In this document: in pieces, positions 39,699 through 49,586 of the stretch
How the letters are laid out: every line of letters starts with the position of its first letter
How positions within the stretch are numbered: position 1 is the first letter of the stretch
Source: Escherichia phage vB_EcoM_KAW1E185
Sequence record: NC_054922.1
Reading direction: 5' to 3' (one strand)
Length of the DNA stretch: 64,000 bases
Position numbers and translations under genes: made by a program
Notes under the pieces: generated by a model
What the model was told of the DNA's origin: nothing
Database searches by the model: none
What the model saw: only the letters and a program-made list of their open reading frames with translations

Positions 39699-40019
39699 TT
39701 AATCTTCTATGATATCTCTATCATATCCAAGTGAAATGAGAGTTTCTTTGAAGTGTTTAATGTTCTTTTGTCTAGAATCATTAATGAAAATGACTGGATA
39801 ACGAATGTTAAGAGATGTGAATCCAGCGCGTTTAGCAAGAGATACAATCAGCGGACGATCATACTCAATCTTACCATTATTTGTAAGAACTTTATAGAAA
39901 GTAAAAGGAGCATTGAGCTCCTTTAGAAGTTTTGTAACTGATTGACATCCAGGACAACGACCTACTTCATCTGGAATTCCATAGACTTCAATCTTATTCT
40001 TTAAGTTCGAGTTTTGTTC
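39699..40019 (-). CDS. nrdH: NrdH-like glutaredoxin (CPGC active site), probable GTG start
   Basis: CPGC redox motif; no in-frame ATG before it; GTG at 40019 with AAGGA 10 nt upstream. Confidence 0.5.
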   Translation of the reverse strand, partial: EQNSNLKNKIEVYGIPDEVGRCPGCQSVTKLLKELNAPFTFYKVLTNNGKIEYDRPLIVSLAKRAGFTSLNIRYPVIFINDSRQKNIKHFKETLISLGYDRDIIED

Positions 40020-40305
40020 CACGAGAAATAATTCCTTGGTAAGCCCAATAAGGAGGATTAACAGAATCCTCGCCAGAGTTTTCTTCAGGAAAATAAACCT
40101 GGATAACAAATCCAGATGCATCAAAGGTAAAATAAACCGTAGGCAGTTCACCTAACAATTCGGCACGAGCATTAATTTCTTCGAGATCTCGTTCACGTCC
40201 AGCCCAAAAACTAGGATTTAGACTACATTCGTAAAAATAATAGTCATTACCGAACATATCAAAACCCTTCCAACTCTCTACCACATACCGCTCAAAACTA
40301 ATCAT
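39994..40305 (-). CDS. hypothetical protein (103 aa)
   Basis: ORF. Confidence 0.4.
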   Translation of the reverse strand: MISFERYVVESWKGFDMFGNDYYFYECSLNPSFWAGRERDLEEINARAELLGELPTVYFTFDASGFVIQVYFPEENSGEDSVNPPYWAYQGIISRGTKLELKE

Positions 40306-40307
40306 AA

Positions 40308-40523
40308 TTAAGCCTTTTTATCAAGAACAGAATTCAGCTTGTTAGTAATTTTATCCAGACGCTCATTGAACTCACTAGAAGATAAGCCCTTTTCTGGAGA
40401 AATTAAACTAATCACGAAAAATACAACAATAAAAGGAATAAGAAAAATAGCTCCAACTGCCATAAACAGAAAGAACGTTACAGTTGTAAGAAAATCAGCT
40501 AAACCTTTACGAAATTTATACAT
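40308..40523 (-). CDS. small membrane protein (71 aa)
   Basis: central hydrophobic segment. Confidence 0.4.
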   Translation of the reverse strand: MYKFRKGLADFLTTVTFFLFMAVGAIFLIPFIVVFFVISLISPEKGLSSSEFNERLDKITNKLNSVLDKKA

Positions 40524-40638
40524 ATTTTACCCTTAATTGATTAACCAAGCATTGATAAGCACTAAACTATATTGCGAATAAAATTCTGGACCAAAATGAA
40601 AAATCATATCATTTATAGTGTCCATAATATAATTCAAT

Positions 40639-41109
40639 TTAATCATGTTTCCACACCCCATCGGTATTTGACCAAAGTCGCTGATTATCTGATCCTCGCC
40701 ACAGCTTTTTAGTCGGAAGATTTTTCTCATACTTCCCATCAATAATAACATCAACATATTTAAGCATTTCTAGTTGTTTAATATCTTCAAACTTATATCC
40801 TGTCCACAACCAAATGCTTTTATTGGGATAAAGATTTTTTACTGTTTGAACAATGCAATGAATAACATCTTGGTTATCAGGATAGAGAGGGTCACCTCCG
40901 GTTATAGTTAATCCTTCTATATAATCATTATTCAAACATTCAATTAATTGTTCTAGTGTTTCACCAGTGAATGGAATACCATTTCTAGCATTCCATGTTG
41001 ATTTATTATAACACCCTTCGCATTTATGCAAACAACCTGTAACGAAAAGAACGACCCTGCATCCAGGGCCATTCACAAAATCGCAAGGATAAAATCTATC
41101 ATAATTCAT
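40639..41109 (-). CDS. nrdG: anaerobic ribonucleotide reductase activating protein
   Basis: 156 aa as in T4 NrdG; radical-SAM CxxxCxxC (GCLHKCEGC). Confidence 0.85.
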   Translation of the reverse strand: MNYDRFYPCDFVNGPGCRVVLFVTGCLHKCEGCYNKSTWNARNGIPFTGETLEQLIECLNNDYIEGLTITGGDPLYPDNQDVIHCIVQTVKNLYPNKSIWLWTGYKFEDIKQLEMLKYVDVIIDGKYEKNLPTKKLWRGSDNQRLWSNTDGVWKHD

Positions 41110-42923
41110 TGGTGTTTAACCCTATGCATGATTTCTTTATTTTTACCGAGATTAAATCCGCGTTCGTTCGGATTTCCCAAATAACCACATGTTCTTCTTA
41201 TTGTGTTCATCTTTTTAGGGTCAGTTTCTCCACAAATAGAACAAACAAATCCGTTTTCAGTAGGAGTCATTTCATGGGTACTTCCACACGTAAAACATTT
41301 ATCTACTGGCATATTAACACCAAAATAATCTAAATGTTGTGCAGCATAATCCCATACGGCCTCAAGACCTTTTAAGTTATTTTTCATATCAGGAAGTTCA
41401 ACATAAGAAATGTGGCCGCCTGTCGCAATGAAATGATATGGTGCTTCGCGAGAAATCTTTTCAAACGGAGTAATATTTTCTTCTACTGAAACATGGAAAC
41501 TGTTAGTGTACCAACCTTTATCGGTAACATCCTTTACACTTCCATATTTTTCGGTATCGAGTTTACAGAAGCGATAACAAAGGTTTTCAGCAGGAGTAGA
41601 ATACAAGCTAAAAGCAAAACCGGTTATTTCAGTCCACTGTTTAAGATGAGCATTCATTTTAGTTAAAATTTCTCGTCCAATATCACGACCGACAAGAATA
41701 TTCAATTCGTGAATACCAATGTATCCCAAAGACACTGAACTTCTACCGTTTTTAAATAACTCAATTATGTCGTCATCAGGTTTAAGACGAACCCCGAATG
41801 CACCTTCTTGGTAAAGAATAGGAGCAACAGTAGCTTTAACTCCTTTTAAGGAACTAATTCTACACATCAAAGCTTCAAAACATAAATCCATTCGTTCATT
41901 GAATAATTCAACAAATTTCTGTTCATTGAATTGTGTTCCAATATAAGAATCTAACGCAATGCGAGGAAGATTCAGTGTTACAACACCAAGATTATTACGT
42001 CCATCAAGAATTTCATTACCAGTCGAATCTTTCCATACGCTCAAGAAGCTGCGGCAACCCATTGGAGAAACAGGAATAGATGAACCAGTGATAGCTTTAT
42101 TGTTCTTAGCTGAAATAATATCAGGATACATCCTTTTGCTTGCACACTCTAGAGCAAGCTGTTTAATATCATAGTTCGGATCGTCTTTATAAAGATTAAC
42201 ACCTTCTTCAACAAACATAACAAGCTTAGGGAAAATAGGAGTTATCCCATCACGACCAAGACCTTTAATACGATTTTTCAGAATTGCTTTCTGAATCATT
42301 CGTTCAGTCCAGTCAGTTCCCGTACCAAATGTAATTGTTACAAAAGGAGTCTGTCCGTTTGAACTAAAGAGAGTGTTTACTTCATATTCGTAAGCTTGAA
42401 ATGCATCGTATACGTCTTTTTCTGTTTTAGATTGAGCATAATTCAACGCATCAGCGATTTGCCATTTTTCTGCATCCTCAATATGTTTTGCATAGGTGCG
42501 TTTAACATAAGGAGAAAGTACTTTATCTACATTCGCAAAAGTCGTTCCGCCGTATTGGTGAGAAGCAACCTGTGCAGTAATTTGTGCCATAATTGCAGTA
42601 GCAACGCCAATTGATTTAGGAGTTTCAATCTGTGCATTACCAAGCTTAAATCCGTTCTCAAGCATTCCTTTTAAATCTACTAAACAACAATTAGTAAATG
42701 GAAGAGCAGGGGAATAATCAATATCGTGGAAATGGATAATTCCGCTTTCATGCGCTTTCATAATAAAAGACGGGACCATATTTTTGGCAATGTGTTTAGA
42801 CACAATACCAGCCATAAGGTCCCGTTGAGTTGGAAAAACACGAGAATCTTTATTAGCATTCTCGTTTAAAAGGTCTTTATTAGTTTTATGAATCAATCCT
42901 TCAATTTCTTTTTCAATTGTCAT
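41106..42923 (-). CDS. nrdD: anaerobic ribonucleoside-triphosphate reductase
   Basis: 605 aa as in T4 NrdD; C-terminal glycyl-radical motif RTCGYLG and zinc ribbon; uninterrupted. Confidence 0.95.
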   Translation of the reverse strand: MTIEKEIEGLIHKTNKDLLNENANKDSRVFPTQRDLMAGIVSKHIAKNMVPSFIMKAHESGIIHFHDIDYSPALPFTNCCLVDLKGMLENGFKLGNAQIETPKSIGVATAIMAQITAQVASHQYGGTTFANVDKVLSPYVKRTYAKHIEDAEKWQIADALNYAQSKTEKDVYDAFQAYEYEVNTLFSSNGQTPFVTITFGTGTDWTERMIQKAILKNRIKGLGRDGITPIFPKLVMFVEEGVNLYKDDPNYDIKQLALECASKRMYPDIISAKNNKAITGSSIPVSPMGCRSFLSVWKDSTGNEILDGRNNLGVVTLNLPRIALDSYIGTQFNEQKFVELFNERMDLCFEALMCRISSLKGVKATVAPILYQEGAFGVRLKPDDDIIELFKNGRSSVSLGYIGIHELNILVGRDIGREILTKMNAHLKQWTEITGFAFSLYSTPAENLCYRFCKLDTEKYGSVKDVTDKGWYTNSFHVSVEENITPFEKISREAPYHFIATGGHISYVELPDMKNNLKGLEAVWDYAAQHLDYFGVNMPVDKCFTCGSTHEMTPTENGFVCSICGETDPKKMNTIRRTCGYLGNPNERGFNLGKNKEIMHRVKHQ

Positions 42924-43393
42924 TTTAAACTCTTTCTAAGCTGCTTCTTAAATGAAGCTATTAACTGTGTTTTGGTGTCAGATTCATTATATTCAAATCC
43001 TCTTTGAAGCATCTCGGCCATCATTTCCTCTTTTCCTAAACGAGAAAATTCCTTTGATTTATCTCCAACAAAGTTAGGGTGAATATTATTTTGGGTGTAA
43101 TCGGATTTTAAATAAGTAAGTAAATTTTCTAACCATTCAAGATAATCAACACCTTGTCCCTTTAAGCCAGAACGATTAAATTTATGCTTCATTTGACCTT
43201 CTGCGGCATTACAGAGATTACAAAGCAATCCACGTACCTTTCCTGCTTTTGGTCCATTTAATTCATGGTCATGGTCGAGGTGATTAGCTTGAACATCAGG
43301 ATTTAGTTCTCGTTGGCAAATTAAGCATTTACCGTTTTGTGCATTATAAAATTTTTGTTTTTCTTCTTTGTATAATTTGCCAGTCAATAACAT
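42920..43393 (-). CDS. 49: endonuclease VII (Holliday junction resolvase, gene 49)
   Basis: 157 aa as in T4 gp49; N-terminal Cys cluster CLICQ...HLDHDH. Confidence 0.8.
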   Translation of the reverse strand: MLLTGKLYKEEKQKFYNAQNGKCLICQRELNPDVQANHLDHDHELNGPKAGKVRGLLCNLCNAAEGQMKHKFNRSGLKGQGVDYLEWLENLLTYLKSDYTQNNIHPNFVGDKSKEFSRLGKEEMMAEMLQRGFEYNESDTKTQLIASFKKQLRKSLK

Positions 43394-43441
43394 AATAAAC
43401 CCTTACCTTAAATAGATAAGGGTATTTATTATTTTCAAGTA

Positions 43442-43888
43442 TTAAAATGCTCGGTCAGAAAAAGAAATTTGAGTTTCAAGCCATTCAATATATTCTGCCG
43501 CAGCTTGCATCAAATTTCCTTCGTAATCATCAATATCTTTTTTCAACGCCGATTTAGCTAATGCGTATGAAATACGTTCACCTTGAAAACCGGCTTTAGG
43601 CTTCTGAACAACTTGATTAGTTCGCTCTACAACTTCTTCAATTTCGCCATTTTCGACTGATTCAGTATTCCACAAACACCAATACGTAATTGGCTTATCG
43701 TAGATGTTAATAATCTTTCCATCAGAAAGTTCAATTTCAATAATTCCAGTATCAGGTTCTATATCATCTTCACATTCTTTTGCAAGTTCACGAACTTTAA
43801 AGACAGTACCTGCACTAAGTTCCGGCCAGTAATTACACAGCCCTGTATCAGCACGATTAATTCTAAACCACTTATCTACTATAATCAT
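43442..43888 (-). CDS. hypothetical protein (about 148 aa), pin region
   Basis: ORF track 43442..43906 starts at TTG; the first in-frame ATG is at 43888. Confidence 0.4.
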   Translation of the reverse strand: MIIVDKWFRINRADTGLCNYWPELSAGTVFKVRELAKECEDDIEPDTGIIEIELSDGKIINIYDKPITYWCLWNTESVENGEIEEVVERTNQVVQKPKAGFQGERISYALAKSALKKDIDDYEGNLMQAAAEYIEWLETQISFSDRAF

Positions 43889-43928
43889 GTCCCATCTCCA
43901 TATCAATTAAGTCATTTATCGTTGGTTC

Positions 43929-43958
43929 ATTATATACTGTTTCTTCATCAGTGTAAAC
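43929..43958 (-). promoter_or_regulatory. T4-type early promoter
   Basis: gtaaac 43953-43958; -10 TATAAT; 18-bp spacer. Confidence 0.55.
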
Positions 43959-44011
43959 CGGTTCTTCCGGCTCTGGCTCTACAGTTTCCCATCTAGCCGC
44001 CCACCAAGGTT

Positions 44012-44332
44012 TTATAGCGTAATCCATTCTCTTACTGTCTGAGTTACTACACGTTCTCGAAGCTCAACCAGTTCAACGGTAGGAACTGCATAATACCAGT
44101 CAGAATGGTAAGAACCTGAGCGAGATTCATTTACAGAAACATATACGTAGTGTTTTGGGCTAAAGTAAATTACTTGACGATATTGGCATTTGCCTTGTTG
44201 AGTCCATTCTTCGGATTCAATCGGAATAAGATAGTCGGAAAAATCGAAATCATAGTTTTCTGAAAATGCATCATGGTCTTCGATGATTTCACTCAGAACT
44301 GCATCAACATCTAATTTATTTTCAGTATTCAT
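44012..44332 (-). CDS. hypothetical protein (106 aa)
   Basis: ORF. Confidence 0.4.
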   Translation of the reverse strand: MNTENKLDVDAVLSEIIEDHDAFSENYDFDFSDYLIPIESEEWTQQGKCQYRQVIYFSPKHYVYVSVNESRSGSYHSDWYYAVPTVELVELRERVVTQTVREWITL

Positions 44333-44343
44333 TTTTTCACCAA

Positions 44344-44553
44344 TTAGTTTCGCAATTTATTAAGTTCTTCATAATCAATCCAGGATTCTAGTCCTGATGG
44401 CAAATCAGATTCAATTTCCCAAAGAAGTTCTTCAATTTTATGAAGACGATCTAATTCTTCAGCTGGAATAGTAACCATTGATGGAGCTCTTGCTGCACTA
44501 ATATCGTAAATCATATTTACCCCAGTTTGACCATGCAATCGCCGTATTTCCAC
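44344..44553 (-). CDS. hypothetical protein (69 aa or shorter)
   Basis: ORF; start uncertain (GTG at 44553 or ATG at 44514). Confidence 0.35.
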   Translation of the reverse strand: MEIRRLHGQTGVNMIYDISAARAPSMVTIPAEELDRLHKIEELLWEIESDLPSGLESWIDYEELNKLRN

Positions 44554-44732
44554 TTAGAAATAGACTTTTCACCATTAGAATAATAAACTTCGAGTTTAGC
44601 ACGATTATTTTTAATTTGAATAACCTTGGCTGTCATCAAAGTTCCATACCCATAATAAACTGCAACTTCATCACCTACATATACCGCGCTTCCGCGGTAG
44701 TCATGGATATAATCAGTTCCTTCGAGCATCAT
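44517..44732 (-). CDS. hypothetical protein (71 aa)
   Basis: ORF. Confidence 0.4.
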   Translation of the reverse strand: MMLEGTDYIHDYRGSAVYVGDEVAVYYGYGTLMTAKVIQIKNNRAKLEVYYSNGEKSISKWKYGDCMVKLG

Positions 44733-44992
44733 TTAAAGTATTCCCGCAATTGGTCAAATCCACCAATATGACTTCCATCAGGAGCAAATACCTGAGGCAT
44801 CGTCAGTCCAATTTGAGTATCACGACCTAGTTTCGTCAGAAGCTCAGCAATTTTCTCATCATCAAAAACACCTTTTTCCGGCATAATGTTGATAAATTCA
44901 AACGGCTGTTTCTTCACAGTCAAAAGACGTTTTGCATTATCGCAATACACACATTTATGGATGTTGCTATCATAACCATATACTTTAAACAT
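44729..44992 (-). CDS. nrdC: thioredoxin/glutaredoxin NrdC
   Basis: 87 aa as in T4 NrdC; CVYC active site. Confidence 0.8.
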   Translation of the reverse strand: MFKVYGYDSNIHKCVYCDNAKRLLTVKKQPFEFINIMPEKGVFDDEKIAELLTKLGRDTQIGLTMPQVFAPDGSHIGGFDQLREYFK

Positions 44993-44993
44993 A

Positions 44994-45236
44994 TTATTCC
45001 TTAATTCCTAGTACTTGTTTAAAAGTCTCGTCGTAATCAAGACTTTGGCCCGTTTGTTCTTTATGTTTGTATATAATATCACTTACTTCTGATAGCATAT
45101 TTTTGTATGAACGAGTTACAGCAGATTTAAGCACGCTGTATCTATCAGGAAATTTACCATGTTCATTATAATAAGCTATTGCTAATTCACGGACTGCCTT
45201 TTCAGCAGTCTCCATATATTCTTTACGCTTGGTCAT
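44994..45236 (-). CDS. hypothetical protein (80 aa)
   Basis: ORF. Confidence 0.4.
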   Translation of the reverse strand: MTKRKEYMETAEKAVRELAIAYYNEHGKFPDRYSVLKSAVTRSYKNMLSEVSDIIYKHKEQTGQSLDYDETFKQVLGIKE

Positions 45237-45238
45237 TT

Positions 45239-45628
45239 TTAATCCAAAATATTATTAGGCATTGGTTGAACACTCACAAGTTCTTTAAAGAACTCAGTAG
45301 AGTCAGGCAATTTAACCATTTCCGGAGCATGCTTATTAAATTTATGTTTACAATGACGGCATTTATATTCAAGCTCTGGTTTACGCCAGTTAATCAATTG
45401 AACTTGTTCAGTACCGCATTCAGGGCAATTAGGAACGTTTTTAGAAGCTCTTTCACGTCGTTCAACCATAGCCATAATAGCATCCCATGCTGGAGGTTTA
45501 AAATCTAAATCGTTGCAGCCGTGAATCTTTCCACGCATTTCCAGATCGTCTTCTTCACCAGCCATAATAATTTTAATTAGACTAGAATTACTTGAAGCTG
45601 CAATGTCTTCTAATAGACGCTTTTTCAT
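45239..45628 (-). CDS. zinc-ribbon protein (129 aa)
   Basis: CPECG...CRHC motif. Confidence 0.45.
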   Translation of the reverse strand: MKKRLLEDIAASSNSSLIKIIMAGEEDDLEMRGKIHGCNDLDFKPPAWDAIMAMVERRERASKNVPNCPECGTEQVQLINWRKPELEYKCRHCKHKFNKHAPEMVKLPDSTEFFKELVSVQPMPNNILD

Positions 45629-46551
45629 TTCAATACCCCAATAGCATTACGTAAACCATTTGCTTTGGCGGTTAAAGCCTTAAGAACTTTAGTATGCTCT
45701 TCAATTTGTTTTTCAACTTCAATCAAACGAGCATTGAGATATTCGCGTTCTTCTTTCATAGTATCATTTCCATGATTGGATTTTGGTGTAGGTTTAAATT
45801 CACTAGGGTCCTTTAATTTAATAACAAATTTAGTTTCAAACAGTGAAAGACCATAATTCGTATTATCATCAAAGGATTTGACTACATCCATATCAGATAA
45901 TAACACGCGCAAATTATAAGCCAAAGAACTAATAGTTTCATTGTGTTTATTAGCTTCGCGTGGTTTCATATACGGAAGATTTTTATATATCTCATGCGGA
46001 GCGCAAACGATAATTGACAATTCAAATTGTCCATTCTGGGACGATGGAATGAATTTAGCCGTAACCCAGTCTTTTACATTCACATTAATAGTACGGTTAT
46101 CACCATGACAAAACAGTCTACGAGAATGCTTAAAAAGCATATTCACGTTATTATTGAATTCGTGTGAAAATTCACTAGCAAATTTTTCTTTACTATCTTT
46201 AGAAAACCATTCTTCTAAATAAGTTCTTTTCACGTCGTTAATAATATTAAATGTAACAACACTAGCATTTGATACATTAGTCTTAATGTAGCTTGGATAC
46301 ATAAATTTTTTAACATTATTAACAGCTATCACAGAAGATAATAATCGGGAACGTTTGAACCACTCGAGCAAAGAACCAAGAGAATGTGAATACGCATTTT
46401 GTGTATCTTTACAAATATGGTTTTCCCATCCAATATAGTCTAAAAAATCACGAAGAATATTATTGATTACTGCTCTGTGTCCTATCTGATAATTACGATG
46501 TTTAGTAATAAGACTGTCAAAATAATCAATATAATGTTTACGAGTTTTCAT
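45625..46551 (-). CDS. coiled-coil paralog family member 1 (308 aa)
   Basis: starts MKTRKHY; central SRLLSSV motif; C-terminal heptad-rich region. Confidence 0.5.
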   Translation of the reverse strand: MKTRKHYIDYFDSLITKHRNYQIGHRAVINNILRDFLDYIGWENHICKDTQNAYSHSLGSLLEWFKRSRLLSSVIAVNNVKKFMYPSYIKTNVSNASVVTFNIINDVKRTYLEEWFSKDSKEKFASEFSHEFNNNVNMLFKHSRRLFCHGDNRTINVNVKDWVTAKFIPSSQNGQFELSIIVCAPHEIYKNLPYMKPREANKHNETISSLAYNLRVLLSDMDVVKSFDDNTNYGLSLFETKFVIKLKDPSEFKPTPKSNHGNDTMKEEREYLNARLIEVEKQIEEHTKVLKALTAKANGLRNAIGVLK

Positions 46552-46605
46552 GTTCTTCTCACTTGGTTAATGATTTATACTCCGAGCCATCCTTGGCTTT
46601 AAATT

Positions 46606-47607
46606 TTACTTAATTAACTGTAAAGCCTGTTCTAAACGATCAAGACGATTAACAGATTCTTCCCAAATCCTTTTAGCCTGCTCATATTCTTTCTGCGCTT
46701 TATTAGAAATTTCTAGAACTTCTTTATAAGCTTTTTCTAATGCAATAACTTCTGGACGAATTTCTACCGGTTCAGGTGAATCATCAAGATTATCCATTAG
46801 TTCCTCAAGGGTAGTTTCTTCTTTAGGAGTATTCACAATTTCATCACATTTTTGTTGGTAAATTTCTTTATCAGTAGGTGAATAAGCACATTTCACTTCA
46901 CGAAGACTAACTACAATTTTATATCCTTCCCAACCGCATATATTTTTAAAAGGATATGTATGAATATTTTCTACTGTTTCCATACAAAGTAATGCGGTCT
47001 CTAATTGACGAGTTATAGTGCTAGCAATTGAGAAAAATTTATTAATATTCTTTTGGCTAGTTTCTGGTGTAAAAAATCCATAATTCACAAAAATAGCTAC
47101 TTTATTTTTATCAAGTTCATATTCTTTTATGATAATCATATCAGAAGCCAAAGGATGAATTTGACGATAATCGCCATAACATAATTTAGAAGCTGATTTT
47201 AAAATTTGCTTTTTGAAAAGTCTGAAATTACTGATCCAACGACGAGTAAAAATATTCTCAGGGTCTTCTTTATTATTAAGATGATAAGAATTAACATCAC
47301 CGAACCAATTATATCCTACTACATCTTTGGTTCGTTTAATTTCTTTCCCAAAATTACCAAGAATATCCCGATTAACCAAATATGAAAGAAGACGAGACTC
47401 TTTAAAGGTTTTCTTGATAACATCTTTATCTACACGGCTAGAAATTTTACGAATTTCATGAATAAATTTAGCAGAAGAAACAATACTTGCATCAACACTA
47501 TTGAGCCACTGATTGATAATAGAAAGAACGCTATTTTGGCCAAACATCGGTATAGCTTTATCATCAATAACTCTATTGAATGATTTGATATATTCGTTAC
47601 GAGTCAT
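46606..47607 (-). CDS. coiled-coil paralog family member 2 (333 aa from internal ATG)
   Basis: ORF track 46606..47637; ATG at 47607 has TGAGGAG Shine-Dalgarno; starts MTRNEY; motif SRLLSYL. Confidence 0.5.
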   Translation of the reverse strand: MTRNEYIKSFNRVIDDKAIPMFGQNSVLSIINQWLNSVDASIVSSAKFIHEIRKISSRVDKDVIKKTFKESRLLSYLVNRDILGNFGKEIKRTKDVVGYNWFGDVNSYHLNNKEDPENIFTRRWISNFRLFKKQILKSASKLCYGDYRQIHPLASDMIIIKEYELDKNKVAIFVNYGFFTPETSQKNINKFFSIASTITRQLETALLCMETVENIHTYPFKNICGWEGYKIVVSLREVKCAYSPTDKEIYQQKCDEIVNTPKEETTLEELMDNLDDSPEPVEIRPEVIALEKAYKEVLEISNKAQKEYEQAKRIWEESVNRLDRLEQALQLIK

Positions 47608-47635
47608 AATAATCTCCTCAGTAGAAAGTAAGAAC

Positions 47636-47665
47636 ATTATACCACATCCTTGTGGCGAAGTAAAC
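47636..47665 (-). promoter_or_regulatory. T4-type early promoter
   Basis: gtaaac 47660-47665; -10 TATAAT; 18-bp spacer. Confidence 0.55.
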
Positions 47666-48669
47666 TAGTTTAGTGCATTTAGTGCGTTGTTCAATTTAGA
47701 ACGTTGCTTCGTGAGATTTTTTACTTTTTCTTGAGCTTTTTCTAGCATCTTTTCAGCTTCTAACACTTCATTAATTGCTTTAACGAGTTCATCATCTACT
47801 GCCTTGATAGACTTCTCAATCGCATCCGCGTGCCATTTTTCAACAGGTTTAAGACTCGGATTTTCAACAGGAAGAAAATTCACTTTATTGAATTTCCATG
47901 CATCATTATTACCTGAACTATACATCCAAAATTTAGGATCGTTTGATGAGTAATTAGTTTGGGGTTCAGGTTTTTTCTCTTGTGTAACTTCGTCCTTTCT
48001 CAAAAAATCATATTTAAATGAAACAATCATGTCAAGTTCATATGTTGTCGTATCTAATTTAAATCGTTCGAAATGCTGCGAAATCTTAGATTGAACAGCA
48101 GCAACAACATCCATATACTTAAATGCTTCTGTCAGCTGTGATTTAAGACATTCACAAATTGAAAGAGAATTTTTTGTATTAGGTTTAAAGCTAATTCGTG
48201 CAGTTCTATTATTTTCTTTTAATGGTCTTACTTCCATCTGAAGAGTATAACCATCAAATTTCAGATTCTTTAAGTTAATATCAGAGCCTTTTAATCGACT
48301 AGCAGTAGACAAAATTTGCTTTAATTGTTTACGAAATAGAGCAATAAATCTCCATTCAAGACGATAATGATTTGGATTAAAAAATCCTGTTGATAAATCA
48401 ACCTTACTCTGACCAACGCCTTGAACAAATAGAGGATTTTTATAATCAATAGTTTTACAGAAATCGGTGAGCTGCTCACGAGCAGTCATTTGTGTAATAT
48501 ATCCCGCTTTACTAAAATGACGTAACCATTCACTGCTATTCATATACTTAAAGTGAATGGAACTATTAACTCTATCAGGGTCTAAATTATTTTGGCACAA
48601 AAATGTCATAACATCACGAGTATAGCTGGCATTACGAACCATATCTTCAATTTGAGAACGAGTTTTCAT
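47665..48669 (-). CDS. coiled-coil paralog family member 3 (334 aa)
   Basis: starts MKTRSQ; C-terminal coiled coil. Confidence 0.5.
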   Translation of the reverse strand: MKTRSQIEDMVRNASYTRDVMTFLCQNNLDPDRVNSSIHFKYMNSSEWLRHFSKAGYITQMTAREQLTDFCKTIDYKNPLFVQGVGQSKVDLSTGFFNPNHYRLEWRFIALFRKQLKQILSTASRLKGSDINLKNLKFDGYTLQMEVRPLKENNRTARISFKPNTKNSLSICECLKSQLTEAFKYMDVVAAVQSKISQHFERFKLDTTTYELDMIVSFKYDFLRKDEVTQEKKPEPQTNYSSNDPKFWMYSSGNNDAWKFNKVNFLPVENPSLKPVEKWHADAIEKSIKAVDDELVKAINEVLEAEKMLEKAQEKVKNLTKQRSKLNNALNALN

Positions 48670-48677
48670 GGTGTTCC

Positions 48678-49586
48678 TTAAGATTTAAGTAAATCAACAA
48701 TTTTAATTAACTTTTCACGCTCAGATTTAGCTTTACTACTCAATCCAGATAGTCTGAAAATTTCATCATCATATTGTTGAATAGAAATATTCAGCTCTTC
48801 AATTTGCTTATTAAAATAATCAATTTGCTCAGAATGTTTTTCGTTACTACGAACTGGTACAGGTTTTGTAGGCAATTTAGTTGAACTGGATTCATCCGGG
48901 CGATAAATTAAAATACAACTTGAACCAATTGGACATTTTGCACCAGATGAATATTCTAATGTTCCGGCTTCTTTTAAAACTTCAAAAGCTAAACAGAGAT
49001 GATGCCCCATATTAACATAATCTGTAGAGCGAGCTCTGATATAATAATCATCGCCCCGAATACTAAATTTAAAGCATTTAAGGTCTTCTGTATTATTGGT
49101 CTTAAAAATCATTTGTTTATCTAGACCTTTAGCTAATCGAGCGCCTAATGCTAATAATCGTCGTTGATTTTCCCACAAATCTGCGATCATTTGGTCAAAT
49201 GATAATTTCGGCATTAGTCGACCGTAAAGATCATAGCCTTTATTATAATTGCGAAGAATTTCACTTGCATTAATACGAGACAATGCTCCAATTTTATTAA
49301 GGGCTTTCATAATGCGATTAGATAAACCCATTCCAGACCCGTTTGTTCGCTGTAAATGTTTTTCTAATCCAAATCCAATATCAACTTTAAACTTATCTAA
49401 AATTTCTGCATGAACATCTCTGTCAATAACATTCAAATCCAAAGTTGGGTTAAATCTATGAAAAAATTTATCTGGCTCTCCACGACGAAGTACAGTCCAT
49501 TCATTCAATTTTTTATTAACTAAAGATTTAATTACTGCATTGACATTATTAATTACTACTGACATATTTTCCTCACTCAATTTCAA
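48678..49586 (-). CDS. coiled-coil paralog family member 4 (302 aa)
   Basis: similar size and architecture; C-terminal coiled coil. Confidence 0.45.
   Translation of the reverse strand: MKLSEENMSVVINNVNAVIKSLVNKKLNEWTVLRRGEPDKFFHRFNPTLDLNVIDRDVHAEILDKFKVDIGFGLEKHLQRTNGSGMGLSNRIMKALNKIGALSRINASEILRNYNKGYDLYGRLMPKLSFDQMIADLWENQRRLLALGARLAKGLDKQMIFKTNNTEDLKCFKFSIRGDDYYIRARSTDYVNMGHHLCLAFEVLKEAGTLEYSSGAKCPIGSSCILIYRPDESSSTKLPTKPVPVRSNEKHSEQIDYFNKQIEELNISIQQYDDEIFRLSGLSSKAKSEREKLIKIVDLLKS

Noticed and set aside
40533-40757. 74-aa minus-strand ORF overlapping the nrdG 3' end
   Set aside because: Out-of-frame overlap with nrdG; the non-overlapping remainder is about 30 codons without an RBS.
43907-44027. 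51-codon minus-strand ORF (MDYAIKPWW...) between the pin-region gene and the 106-aa gene
   Set aside because: It starts inside the upstream gene out of frame, has no RBS, and spans a consensus early promoter (43929-43958).
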